A stretch of 64,000 nt of DNA. It comes from a virus. Within the stretch, counting starts at the first letter, position 1; each line of letters opens with the position of its first letter. The position numbers were made by a program, and so were the translations under genes. This document shows positions 7,930 through 17,638 of this stretch, piece by piece. The DNA lies in IMG/VR virus record IMGVR_UViG_3300020204_004581; one strand, given 5' to 3'. A model generated the notes under the pieces. The model made no database searches. It was not told the DNA's origin and was given only the letters and a program-made list of their open reading frames with translations.

Positions 7930-10112
7930 CTAATATCGTATAATATAATTAGTTCAACTATAACTTCTTCGCAATTTAAAGAACCCTCGGATCTATCGGT
8001 TTCGATTGTAATTTCGCTTGTAAGTTCATTTACTGTCACTTGTCCGATTCCAGGAATTGTTTCAAGTAAAGATTGAACTGTATTATACCATAATGAATCA
8101 GGTGGAGCGTCCACCAAACTTGTAGACACATAAAAATCTTGATCTAATTCGATTCCTTCGGGTTCTAATTCTACTTTTGCAATAAATGTGGCTGACACAA
8201 GTTGGCAGTTTGTTCTTCCTGTGGTTAATTCGTCAAATCCAGTATTCATGATTTGACCCAAACCTTTTTTTGTTCCCGATACATATGAGAATGTTTGTTC
8301 TCCGACCAAGTAAGTTCTGTAAGACACGTAACTCTTGTTACAGTCTATAATTGCATTTCTTGTTTGACTACATCCCCCTGAATCTATGACTGTAACAGAA
8401 TAAGTTCCTGCTGTTAAACCTGTGGCGGTTATAGACTGAGGATTACCCGATACATTATCTGACCACTCGAATTCGAATGGAGGTACTCCCTCAGATATAA
8501 ACGTTGTAATTAAACCATCTGACCCTTGTCCACAAGATGTAGAATATAGGTTGTATATCAAGGGCACACTACCGTTAACAAAAACTTGTTGAACCTGTGT
8601 GCATCCATCTGTATCTGTAATAGTAATTTGGTGTTGTCCTGATGAGACATTGGTAAATGTTACCGCACTAGCAGTTGTATCAATTATATTTTGAACTCCA
8701 TCTAAAGAATAGTCAAATGGAGATGTTCCTCCTGAAGATTTTTCCACTAAAATAATTCCAGTATTTCCTCCACATGTAGTCCCTGTAGTGGTTGCGGTAA
8801 AAGTGAAGATATTGTCAGACAGTATTGTACTTTCCTCTAAAAAGTAACACCCACTTGAATCCTCGAGAATTATAGAGTATGTTCCTCCTGATAAATCGTT
8901 AAATGTTTGTGATGCGGCGTTAGTTGTTATCGTTTCAGTTGATGAGTCAGGGTAAATCAATGTATATGTAAACGGTGAGGTGCCCCCTATAGCCGTAATT
9001 AGTATTGATCCGTCAGCATTACTACATGAGCTTTGTTCAATAGTAAGAATTATATCCGATATACCATTCTCTGTTGCCAAATCGATACCCGTACTGAATT
9101 TACATAGTGCTGCGTCCGTAACTAAAAAGTTATAAGATCCAGCAGGCACTCCACTCAGGGTAAATGACTGTGAATAAGATACATCAATTTGTCCCGTTGA
9201 GGCTGAATAATAGTATGGTCCTGTTCCACCGGTTATTGTCATGGTTATTACACCATCTGTGTTCAAGCAAGTTGGGATATTGTCGACGACAAAACTTCCG
9301 AGACCTACGGGATCGACTTGTCCAATTGACTGTTCTTTGATTTTAGAACATCCTGATGAATCTGTTACTTTTACAGAGTAAGTTCCCGCAGTGAGACCTG
9401 ATATTGTGCTTCCTGTGGATCCATCGTTCCAAATATAGCTCCATGGTTGTACACCTGTTTGTCCTGTGATAATCAATTTTCCTGAAGGTTGTCCACATTG
9501 GGTGTCGGGTATAATATAAAAACCAAAATCAACCTCGACTGATGGATTTATAACAAAGGTTTGTGTCTTACCTGTACATCCACCATAATCCACAGCTGCA
9601 ATATAGTAAGTTCCGGCAGAGAGATATTGGAAAGTTATCACTTCTAAGTCTGTTGTTGCAGATTGCAATAATTCTCCTTCAAACGTGTATAAAAAGAAAG
9701 AAGTCTCAGAGTAATCAGATGAATCTTCAGCCGAAACTGTACCATTATTCAGACTACAGGTTGTTGCCGAGACATCGATTATTGTTGCGCAGTTACCCGA
9801 TGATACTGGTACGTTGACAGTGAACTCTAAGTTGACAGGAACGGTAGAATCATTTACTCTGAAGGGGTATGTTGCTGCGGATAGATTATTAACTTGTGAG
9901 AACGTAAGTTTTGGCGAAAGTGGGTCAATGTAGTCGTAGTCATACGCTAAATAATCTATTGCCATAATACCCTCTATACTACCAGCATTACTTGGGTAAT
10001 ACCAAGTAACCGTATACGGTGGTGTTCCACCCGAGAAACCGGCCTCTATGGAACCTGAAGAATTGTTTTGACAATCACCAGTGACAAATAGTATGTAATT
10101 AAAATCAGCCAC
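7917..10112 (-). CDS. SprB-repeat protein (putative virion adhesin/decoration)
   Basis: About seven repeats of C..xGxI....GGTxPY/FxYxW...L.AGTYxVxVxDxxGC, the signature of the Flavobacterium gliding-adhesin SprB repeat. Confidence 0.75.
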   Translation of the reverse strand: MADFNYILFVTGDCQNNSSGSIEAGFSGGTPPYTVTWYYPSNAGSIEGIMAIDYLAYDYDYIDPLSPKLTFSQVNNLSAATYPFRVNDSTVPVNLEFTVNVPVSSGNCATIIDVSATTCSLNNGTVSAEDSSDYSETSFFLYTFEGELLQSATTDLEVITFQYLSAGTYYIAAVDYGGCTGKTQTFVINPSVEVDFGFYIIPDTQCGQPSGKLIITGQTGVQPWSYIWNDGSTGSTISGLTAGTYSVKVTDSSGCSKIKEQSIGQVDPVGLGSFVVDNIPTCLNTDGVITMTITGGTGPYYYSASTGQIDVSYSQSFTLSGVPAGSYNFLVTDAALCKFSTGIDLATENGISDIILTIEQSSCSNADGSILITAIGGTSPFTYTLIYPDSSTETITTNAASQTFNDLSGGTYSIILEDSSGCYFLEESTILSDNIFTFTATTTGTTCGGNTGIILVEKSSGGTSPFDYSLDGVQNIIDTTASAVTFTNVSSGQHQITITDTDGCTQVQQVFVNGSVPLIYNLYSTSCGQGSDGLITTFISEGVPPFEFEWSDNVSGNPQSITATGLTAGTYSVTVIDSGGCSQTRNAIIDCNKSYVSYRTYLVGEQTFSYVSGTKKGLGQIMNTGFDELTTGRTNCQLVSATFIAKVELEPEGIELDQDFYVSTSLVDAPPDSLWYNTVQSLLETIPGIGQVTVNELTSEITIETDRSEGSLNCEEVIVELIILYDIRCLS

Positions 10113-13104
10113 GTAAACAATTTATTGATATGTTTATTCCAACATTCAGTTGGAGTTTTGTCTGTAAGTTTTTTGGTATACAATCCATGTTTGTGACGTT
10201 CAGTGTGTTTCCATTCAAAAAGTAATTCAATCCGTACTGATATAAATTGTCCAAGTTATCCGCTAAACTATTTTTCCAAAGGCTGTTAGTCGGTACGTCA
10301 TTTAATCCCTCCCCCTGATAGAAAGTGGATTTAATTATTTGTTCATTACCTAACTTCAGGTCGACAAACCATGTTGTTGAAAGTGTATTAGTTATACAAT
10401 CATTAAGTGTTAGTCCTTCCTCAGTCAAATAATTCTGTAAGGCTTGTAGTAATACTCCTTGGAAATTAGATACAGTGGTATTTCCGTTCAACCAAGGAAA
10501 AACTTTGAATTCAACAAACTCAGTTGAACAGTCGTAGTTGAACATTGAACCTATAATATAACAGGCTTCAGCAGGTACGGGTATAAATTGACATCCTCTT
10601 TGTCTTCTGTAGACGAATTTCTGTTTTTGGAAAATAGAATTCTCGAATCTTGTACCTGAATTCCATATCGTTGTTGCTGGAATCATTTGTTCAACCAATT
10701 TTATCCAATATGGACCAAGACCATCAACATAATCTATTAATTTCTGATAAGTGTAGTTGTTGTTTGGTATACCAATTGTATTTTCTTGTTCAAGATACTT
10801 CCAAAATATTGATGATAGAGTTGGATACCCGCCAGTGTGACCATCAGTGATGTACATTCTATTTCTAACATTGATTGTATTTTGCCAGAAAGTTTGTGCG
10901 AACTCGAAGAAGGTTTTTTTCTTTGGTTGTGGGTTTATAAATGTCCAATCGACACCTCCTGGCGTAGGAAATGGAGTTGTCATTCCTGTCTCAGGTATTG
11001 GGTAATCATACAATCTTGATTGATTCCACACATCATATACTAACCCTTGTCCAGGATTTAGAAAAAGATCAACATTTTTTACGTTTAGCACCAATTTCTC
11101 TTTGTCGATGTAGTAAAATGCTTCATATCCACCTTCTGTTGATATTCTAAGGTCTTCATCATCTGTCAACCAAGATTTTTTGTTATCAATAGTTTTTCGA
11201 AGTTTGAACCCTTCAGTCATGTATGGAAAATCTCTGTATCTTTCCAAATAAATCTGTCCATAAGTAAATGGTTCAAGTTGGGTTTGAAATGTTGGATTCG
11301 TACCTGTGAATACATTTGTCTCTACAGGGATCTCAGGACTCCTATGTTGTGGTGTGGACTCATACCAACCAGCACCTACTTGGAAAAAATAGTCTTGTGT
11401 AGGAAGGGGCGCGTATGGAAAACCCTCTGTATCCATAGGAAAATCATCAAGTCCCAAATTCACTTGTTCAAAAATTGTTGTTGAGGTGAATGCACTGTAA
11501 GTTTCTCCTTGAAACTTGTAAGTCACCGTTGAGGATAATGTTGGCACATTATCTACATATGTACCTCCTGAAATCTTTGCATATTGAACTGCAAATTGAT
11601 CAAGATTTATTCTTTGGTCGGCAACATATATGTTTTCATTAAATTCTATCAAAGCGTCAGGTGCTCCCACTAATCTTAACAGAAACTCAACGGATCTTCT
11701 TGTACCTTTTGATTTGAAAAGATATCCGGAATTTAAAATTAGATTTCTATAAAATTGATAGTTCAATTCTGTTGGTGTAAGAGCTCTTGCGTAACCTGGA
11801 TAGACGGGCGCGTTGGTTTGTCCAAATACTGAGTCTAAAAAGTTTTCGTTGGTAATTGGTGATATATTAGGTTCCCACCCTAATGTCGCGGCCAAATTTT
11901 TTAGTAGTAGTGATGGTATGTCATTTTGGATCGTATAGTTAACCGAGGTCATGTTTGCCATGCCGTCAATAAACTTTTTAACTTCATCAAAACTTCTACC
12001 ATATATCTGAAGAATTTTTTCAACCTTTCTATCCTTGGTATCGAACTCTTTGAAAGAATCTTGTATCAAGAAACGGGAAATCAGATTTGTTTTATATGAA
12101 TCTAACTCCTCTGAAACGAAAAATAATTGTCTGAGATATTCATCAAATGAATTTGTTATAATGTCTAAATTCCATGTGCCTTGTAATGGCCAAGTGATTG
12201 ATGTAAAATTATTATAAAACTGACCGTTTTCATCCTCGCTCGGAACTTGAAAAACCGCTGTATATGGTGGTTGAATATATCTATTTAACAGGAATTTTTC
12301 TACCTCATCAAAAGATTCAGCAAACACCTCATCAACTACTAAGTCGTTTGGTCTTATATGGTAATTAGTTGTATAAGTTGTGGCTGTCGTCCCGAATGGT
12401 GATCCTGAAACATAAAATACCAAAGTACCTGATGCTAAACTTACTGATGGTTCAAACGATAATACCTTGAAAATATCATAAGGATTATCTGTGTTACCTG
12501 AGTTTGCAATTGCAATACAATAATCCAAGTAAGTACTATTCAAATTCCTAAGTGGAGAGGTAACTATCTCTCGAGCAACAATATTTGTTGCTGCAGAAAT
12601 AGAATAATCAATGGAAAATGGATTTGCTAGTCTATCAACATCAACTGAGAATATAGTCTCATCATTGACACCATCATATACAATATTATAGGCTGTCAAT
12701 CCAGTAATTGATTGTTCATTCATGAACCTGACGTCCAATGCGGCGGGAAATTTATTAATTATTTTTGTCACCGATACTTGAAGTCTCTTGGATAACGATC
12801 CATACATTGAGAAATTCGAAACCTCAGTTAAATCTAAGTTTGGATAAACTCTGAATTCTTTAGCAAATATCAATCTGCTTTCATCCAAACTCTCTATCTC
12901 CAAATCTTCTAAGCTAATGGGTGAGGAAAATGCTCCAATGTTAAATTCTCTCGTAACTTTTTCAACAACACTTGTTGTGAACTCGAAGTTACCTTGCGTA
13001 AGCCCGCCACCTTCAACAGTTTGTAAACCTACAATGTTGTCAAAGGGAGTTGCAGAACCACTACCTGGCCTTGGTGGATAAAAATATTTTTCTCGTTGTG
13101 GCAT
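10105..13104 (-). CDS. Baseplate wedge-associated protein (gpI/gp7-like domain)
   Basis: LLKNLAATLGW...YLFKSKGTRRSVEFLLRLVG is typical of P2 gpI/T4 gp7-like wedge subunits; baseplate context. Confidence 0.55.
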   Translation of the reverse strand: MPQREKYFYPPRPGSGSATPFDNIVGLQTVEGGGLTQGNFEFTTSVVEKVTREFNIGAFSSPISLEDLEIESLDESRLIFAKEFRVYPNLDLTEVSNFSMYGSLSKRLQVSVTKIINKFPAALDVRFMNEQSITGLTAYNIVYDGVNDETIFSVDVDRLANPFSIDYSISAATNIVAREIVTSPLRNLNSTYLDYCIAIANSGNTDNPYDIFKVLSFEPSVSLASGTLVFYVSGSPFGTTATTYTTNYHIRPNDLVVDEVFAESFDEVEKFLLNRYIQPPYTAVFQVPSEDENGQFYNNFTSITWPLQGTWNLDIITNSFDEYLRQLFFVSEELDSYKTNLISRFLIQDSFKEFDTKDRKVEKILQIYGRSFDEVKKFIDGMANMTSVNYTIQNDIPSLLLKNLAATLGWEPNISPITNENFLDSVFGQTNAPVYPGYARALTPTELNYQFYRNLILNSGYLFKSKGTRRSVEFLLRLVGAPDALIEFNENIYVADQRINLDQFAVQYAKISGGTYVDNVPTLSSTVTYKFQGETYSAFTSTTIFEQVNLGLDDFPMDTEGFPYAPLPTQDYFFQVGAGWYESTPQHRSPEIPVETNVFTGTNPTFQTQLEPFTYGQIYLERYRDFPYMTEGFKLRKTIDNKKSWLTDDEDLRISTEGGYEAFYYIDKEKLVLNVKNVDLFLNPGQGLVYDVWNQSRLYDYPIPETGMTTPFPTPGGVDWTFINPQPKKKTFFEFAQTFWQNTINVRNRMYITDGHTGGYPTLSSIFWKYLEQENTIGIPNNNYTYQKLIDYVDGLGPYWIKLVEQMIPATTIWNSGTRFENSIFQKQKFVYRRQRGCQFIPVPAEACYIIGSMFNYDCSTEFVEFKVFPWLNGNTTVSNFQGVLLQALQNYLTEEGLTLNDCITNTLSTTWFVDLKLGNEQIIKSTFYQGEGLNDVPTNSLWKNSLADNLDNLYQYGLNYFLNGNTLNVTNMDCIPKNLQTKLQLNVGINISINCLRG

Positions 13105-14009
13105 TAACTAATAATCGTGTTGAAGTTTTTACTGAAATCTATATTATCACCCCTATTTTGTCTAACTTCATATAGAAGATCATTGAACTGGTCTCTGATT
13201 TCAAACAAGTTGTATTGTCTGTAGATATTATTGTTAAAGTCATAGATTGTGTAAATTCCATCATCCATAGATTTAGTCTGATTTCCGTAAAGCGCGATTG
13301 CTAGCGTTGACACGTCATATTCAACCATTTCAATATCAATTGTTACAGGATTGAAAAAGGTGTTTGTTAAAACGATGTCTTGATCGGGTTGTCCGATATA
13401 TGGTGTTGCGTTTGGTTTGTTTGTTGGTGATGATGAAGGTGATAGGGTTAGGAACATTAAGTTTGCCGTACTATCAGTGTATCTGTATCTTATTGATTTT
13501 TGTTGGGTATTTACCTGATTTGTGACGACTGGCTCACAAAAGAAATTAGATGTAACAACTCTAAAGAAATTAGGTATTTTTGTACCATCACTATTCAGAT
13601 ATTCTATTCTAAATCCAACAAGACCTTGAGGAACAAATTTATTTCTATATTCCTGAGGTATCAAATTAAGGTCTAATACAAGTCCTTTTACGTTTGGTAA
13701 TGCGCTTAGAACGCCACAATCCACAATTACAGTTCTTATTTGTGCAGGTCTAATCAAAAGTGTGTAAATCCCAAGAGCATTGAATTCTGTCGCTGGAAGG
13801 GTTAAGTTGTATAATCCACCCAAGATTTCTACAGGGGACCCTCCGATTTGTTGATTGCTGAAATAAGGACGTAATAGAGTTTTAGCATCGAGTTTTTTCA
13901 AAACGAAATTGTTTGTTACGTCTCTTGAGGGAGTATAATTCAAAATTATCTCCATGTCATCTGGTGAACAGTCAGCTGGTCTTATTGTCCCGTATGAAGC
14001 TATTGCCAT
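13104..14009 (-). CDS. Hypothetical protein, probably structural
   Basis: 301-aa ORF, TAATG-coupled to the downstream gene, with an upstream TATTTAT motif. Confidence 0.6.
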   Translation of the reverse strand: MAIASYGTIRPADCSPDDMEIILNYTPSRDVTNNFVLKKLDAKTLLRPYFSNQQIGGSPVEILGGLYNLTLPATEFNALGIYTLLIRPAQIRTVIVDCGVLSALPNVKGLVLDLNLIPQEYRNKFVPQGLVGFRIEYLNSDGTKIPNFFRVVTSNFFCEPVVTNQVNTQQKSIRYRYTDSTANLMFLTLSPSSSPTNKPNATPYIGQPDQDIVLTNTFFNPVTIDIEMVEYDVSTLAIALYGNQTKSMDDGIYTIYDFNNNIYRQYNLFEIRDQFNDLLYEVRQNRGDNIDFSKNFNTIIS

Positions 14010-14044
14010 TTCTTTGTTTTATTTTCTATAAATAGTTTATCTGT

Positions 14045-15121
14045 TTATTTGGTTTCAACGTTGAAAAACTTGTAACCATAATTGATTAAGTCTCCCAAGT
14101 TATCTACCTCTCCAAGTCTTTGTATTTGTTCGTAAGCGGAGTTCTTTCCCCTTTCTATGTAGATATTAGTAACAATCTCCGCATCTCCCACAGCCTTCTG
14201 TAATGCAGGATTCTTGAAAAAGAATTGTGCTGTTAGTTCATTTTCAGTGAATCCTGAACTTTGGACGAAGAATTTAGTTTCTCCATTGGCAAAGTCGTAG
14301 TAATCCACATTGTGTATTGTGTATGCTGTAAATAATGGGGACCTATTATTTATAACTCCGAATATACCTCCGTCTTTAATTACGGGTGCCCCAACGATAA
14401 ATTTCTGAGGACCATATTGAGCAAGCTCTTGTATTCTCGAATTTGTTACACCCGAGACCGTATATGGTACAGTTGTAAACGTTGAAGATACTTGATCCTG
14501 TATGTTGTTTTCAGCATCACCTGAAAAAATGAAATTGTAACTTACAGGTGTAAAGGTCCAACTTCCTGTGTTTGATACAAAAAATGCGGTTCCGTTTGGA
14601 TTGATAATTGTTGCTATTCTATATGGGGTAACTACTTCCTTTTTAACAATATTTGTACCCCAAGGATTATTTTGAGTCAAAGTAATTGTATAAGCACTCA
14701 CAACCGTGGGGTATTGATGAGATATTGATGCGGGGGTGAGTTGATTGAAACTATTTGGGGATGATCCATCTCCCCAATCAATTGTATAGGTTGATAACTC
14801 AATAAACTTTTTGAACTCGTCTGATGTGTTGTAAACATTATAAATGTATGGGTTAGATGTCGTGGATGAAAAGATGAAATTTGTTACAACATCTTTTTGG
14901 TGCACAGCACCATCAAAAGGTGAGTAGTATCCACAATCTACAACATTTTCAGTTATAAGTATGGGTATTGTTAATCCAGTCAAAAGTGAAGATCCACCTG
15001 GTCCCGAACTAAGAACCTGTGTCATTGCTGAATAAACTCCCACAGGGCTGCCTGATACGTTGACCGTGAACAGATCTCCACTGATAACTTCGGGTGATAT
15101 AATGTAATTGTAATCGGGCAT
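14045..15121 (-). CDS. PKD/Ig-like domain protein, probably structural
   Basis: YTIDWGDGS...SHQY....YTITLT PKD signature. Confidence 0.6.
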   Translation of the reverse strand: MPDYNYIISPEVISGDLFTVNVSGSPVGVYSAMTQVLSSGPGGSSLLTGLTIPILITENVVDCGYYSPFDGAVHQKDVVTNFIFSSTTSNPYIYNVYNTSDEFKKFIELSTYTIDWGDGSSPNSFNQLTPASISHQYPTVVSAYTITLTQNNPWGTNIVKKEVVTPYRIATIINPNGTAFFVSNTGSWTFTPVSYNFIFSGDAENNIQDQVSSTFTTVPYTVSGVTNSRIQELAQYGPQKFIVGAPVIKDGGIFGVINNRSPLFTAYTIHNVDYYDFANGETKFFVQSSGFTENELTAQFFFKNPALQKAVGDAEIVTNIYIERGKNSAYEQIQRLGEVDNLGDLINYGYKFFNVETK

Positions 15122-15909
15122 TATGGATTTATGTATTCATACCATTTTATGGGTGTTAGGCCCCCAACCCTTTGAGGTTCTATGTTGAACGTATCAAATA
15201 CTTGATAAGTTCTGTTAGCGTAATCTAAATCTACTCTGTAGTAGAAATACTCACTCTGTGAGAAATTAAATTTGTTACCTAAAATTGATGACTGTGGTCT
15301 ATTCATCATTCTTACAAATTGACCGGTCTTTCCATCAAAAAACTTGGCAGACATAAAAAATCTTGATATATCTAAGAAAGTTCTTTTCTTCAACCAATAA
15401 ATAAAGAACCCTTCTTTATCACCAACATAGTTTAATATGTATTTAGGTTTTCTGATTAAAACATCCGTTGTCTGCATCAGAGTATTCATTCTTTCACCTT
15501 GTTGTGTGGGTATAATAATTGTGATGTAGTTAGTTTGTTGAGTATCAATCGGACTATCATAAAGGTCTAACTTGAAAAATGAGTTTTTAAATGAGTTAGC
15601 ATAGTAATATATTTCTTGTGTTGTAAAACCCTCGGCTCTGTAATCAATCTTCCAATTGTTTACGTTGGACAAACCAGCACCCTCGTAGAAATAGAATTCA
15701 TAGTTTATTTCTGTGGATGTTTGATAATCAGCGTGAGCAAATCTGTTGACTTCAAAATCCTTGTCAGATCTGAGTAATTCTTCGATAACATTATCTTGGA
15801 AGGCAACAATATCTGCCTCAGTATCAAGATACTCCCAATCCAAATTTACGGGAATGTTGATACTATTGTTGGTAATACCCGATAACAATATTTGTTTACT
15901 CACACTCAT
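15121..15909 (-). CDS. Hypothetical protein (baseplate region)
   Basis: 262-aa ORF overlapping both neighbours. Confidence 0.6.
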   Translation of the reverse strand: MSVSKQILLSGITNNSINIPVNLDWEYLDTEADIVAFQDNVIEELLRSDKDFEVNRFAHADYQTSTEINYEFYFYEGAGLSNVNNWKIDYRAEGFTTQEIYYYANSFKNSFFKLDLYDSPIDTQQTNYITIIIPTQQGERMNTLMQTTDVLIRKPKYILNYVGDKEGFFIYWLKKRTFLDISRFFMSAKFFDGKTGQFVRMMNRPQSSILGNKFNFSQSEYFYYRVDLDYANRTYQVFDTFNIEPQRVGGLTPIKWYEYINP

Positions 15910-17638
15910 CCACTATAGGTTTGACTACTTTATCTCCTGTGTTTATGCTAAACCCACTCAACGGTCCGAATTTGGGACCTTCGCTTATGACTCCTCCAAG
16001 ATCATACCCTCCGTCCGGTATTAGTCTAAATTGAGATGCGTTGAATGGATAATGTGAAAAATTTAAAAAAGGATAATTAACTCCTCTGTCCGCCTCATCG
16101 ATAAAACCATACTCATAAATGTCTCTCCACATAAACTGTTCATATGCGTTTGAATAAAAAGCCCAAAAAGGTATTTGATCAACGTTGTAGAGTTCCCCTG
16201 TTTCAATATAATTTGAAAATACTCTAATCACCATACCAATATGTGGTTGGTAATAATATCCGCTTGGATTTGTATTTGTGATTGGTTCACTTTTGAATAC
16301 ATCTTGGTTGTATTTAATCTTATGATAATATGGTGATATTATTCTCTCTGACTGAGTTACATCATTCCATTCACACCAATCTCCACAGATTGTGTCTCCC
16401 GATTTCAGATCCTTATTATAATAAAATTCCTCAGTTGATCCATTAGTTTTTGTATAAGAAGAATATCCGATGTTGGAATTTGACTTGAGGTTGTTACTGT
16501 CCCAATATAAATTGTTTCTTTCTGTTATGTTGAATTCCCAACCTTCTTTTAGTCCTGTTTCTTGTGTTGGCTTATTGAAATATCCAGTAAAACCTTTATT
16601 GATAATTGTGAGAAATATCTCATTTAGGGGTCTTTTCTGATTGTCCAAAATATTATCAATATTCAGGTCGTAGTTTGCAGTGAATGTGTATACGGTGGAT
16701 GCGTTCTTTTGGGAAATTCTTGATATATTGTTTGGGGTTAACGAGGAAAATTCAAACTTCTTGTTTGCGGTAAATGGTACTTCCTCAAATCCAGTTTTTG
16801 TTACAACAATATCATTAACGTTTGTGATAATCTTGTGCATTTTTACATAATACGTGGACTTTGATTCACCTGAATTTGTTATATCAACAATCTTTTTGAA
16901 AGTTCCCTTTGCATTGTTTGCAAATGTCGTACCAGTATATCCAACATTTGTTAGATTGAATATGTAAGTTTCTGACCCAAATGTACCATCACCGAGTGTG
17001 TTAACTTGGAATAGATTATTTCCGTCATACTTTAAAGACAATTCTACATAATCTCCTATCTGTAAGTTGTGTTCACTAATACAAATAAATGAAATGTAAT
17101 TTGTACCATCAAACTTCATATTTTTAACAACAAAAGGAATACCATCCCCTGATAGCCATTCAATTTCGTTAATTCCATCCGTCCAAAACATCTGTTTTGT
17201 ATAATTGTTCTCTTGTGGTAAACTTAAGTAATAAGTCCAATTATAAGTGTAAGCACTTTTAGCAACATAACTGATATGTTGATCCTGTATGTTAGGTCTA
17301 AAAAATTCAAACTCATAATATTGAGGAAACCCTCTCCAAATACCATTCACTAAAGATTTCTGAGCATCAACATAGTATAGGTTGTATAGAAATGGAATGT
17401 ATTCAGTTGTGCCAGTGTAGGAGTTTTCGTAAATCGGGCTGACCTTAAAAGTAGGTCTGAAAGTTGTTGAGGCTTGTCTTTCGTCATTGAACAAAACGGC
17501 GAGGTTAACAGAGGCAATCCGATCATATTCTGTTAGTTCGTTTTCTTTCGATTTAATTGAAACTTTGAGACTTTGATCTACAGTTGGTGCAGATTTGAAT
17601 CTCAACCTACTTGGTACTATGGTTGTTGTTCCGTTCAT
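15896..17638 (-). CDS. Hypothetical protein (baseplate region)
   Basis: 580-aa ORF with an ATGA overlap to the upstream gene. Confidence 0.6.
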   Translation of the reverse strand: MNGTTTIVPSRLRFKSAPTVDQSLKVSIKSKENELTEYDRIASVNLAVLFNDERQASTTFRPTFKVSPIYENSYTGTTEYIPFLYNLYYVDAQKSLVNGIWRGFPQYYEFEFFRPNIQDQHISYVAKSAYTYNWTYYLSLPQENNYTKQMFWTDGINEIEWLSGDGIPFVVKNMKFDGTNYISFICISEHNLQIGDYVELSLKYDGNNLFQVNTLGDGTFGSETYIFNLTNVGYTGTTFANNAKGTFKKIVDITNSGESKSTYYVKMHKIITNVNDIVVTKTGFEEVPFTANKKFEFSSLTPNNISRISQKNASTVYTFTANYDLNIDNILDNQKRPLNEIFLTIINKGFTGYFNKPTQETGLKEGWEFNITERNNLYWDSNNLKSNSNIGYSSYTKTNGSTEEFYYNKDLKSGDTICGDWCEWNDVTQSERIISPYYHKIKYNQDVFKSEPITNTNPSGYYYQPHIGMVIRVFSNYIETGELYNVDQIPFWAFYSNAYEQFMWRDIYEYGFIDEADRGVNYPFLNFSHYPFNASQFRLIPDGGYDLGGVISEGPKFGPLSGFSINTGDKVVKPIVDECE

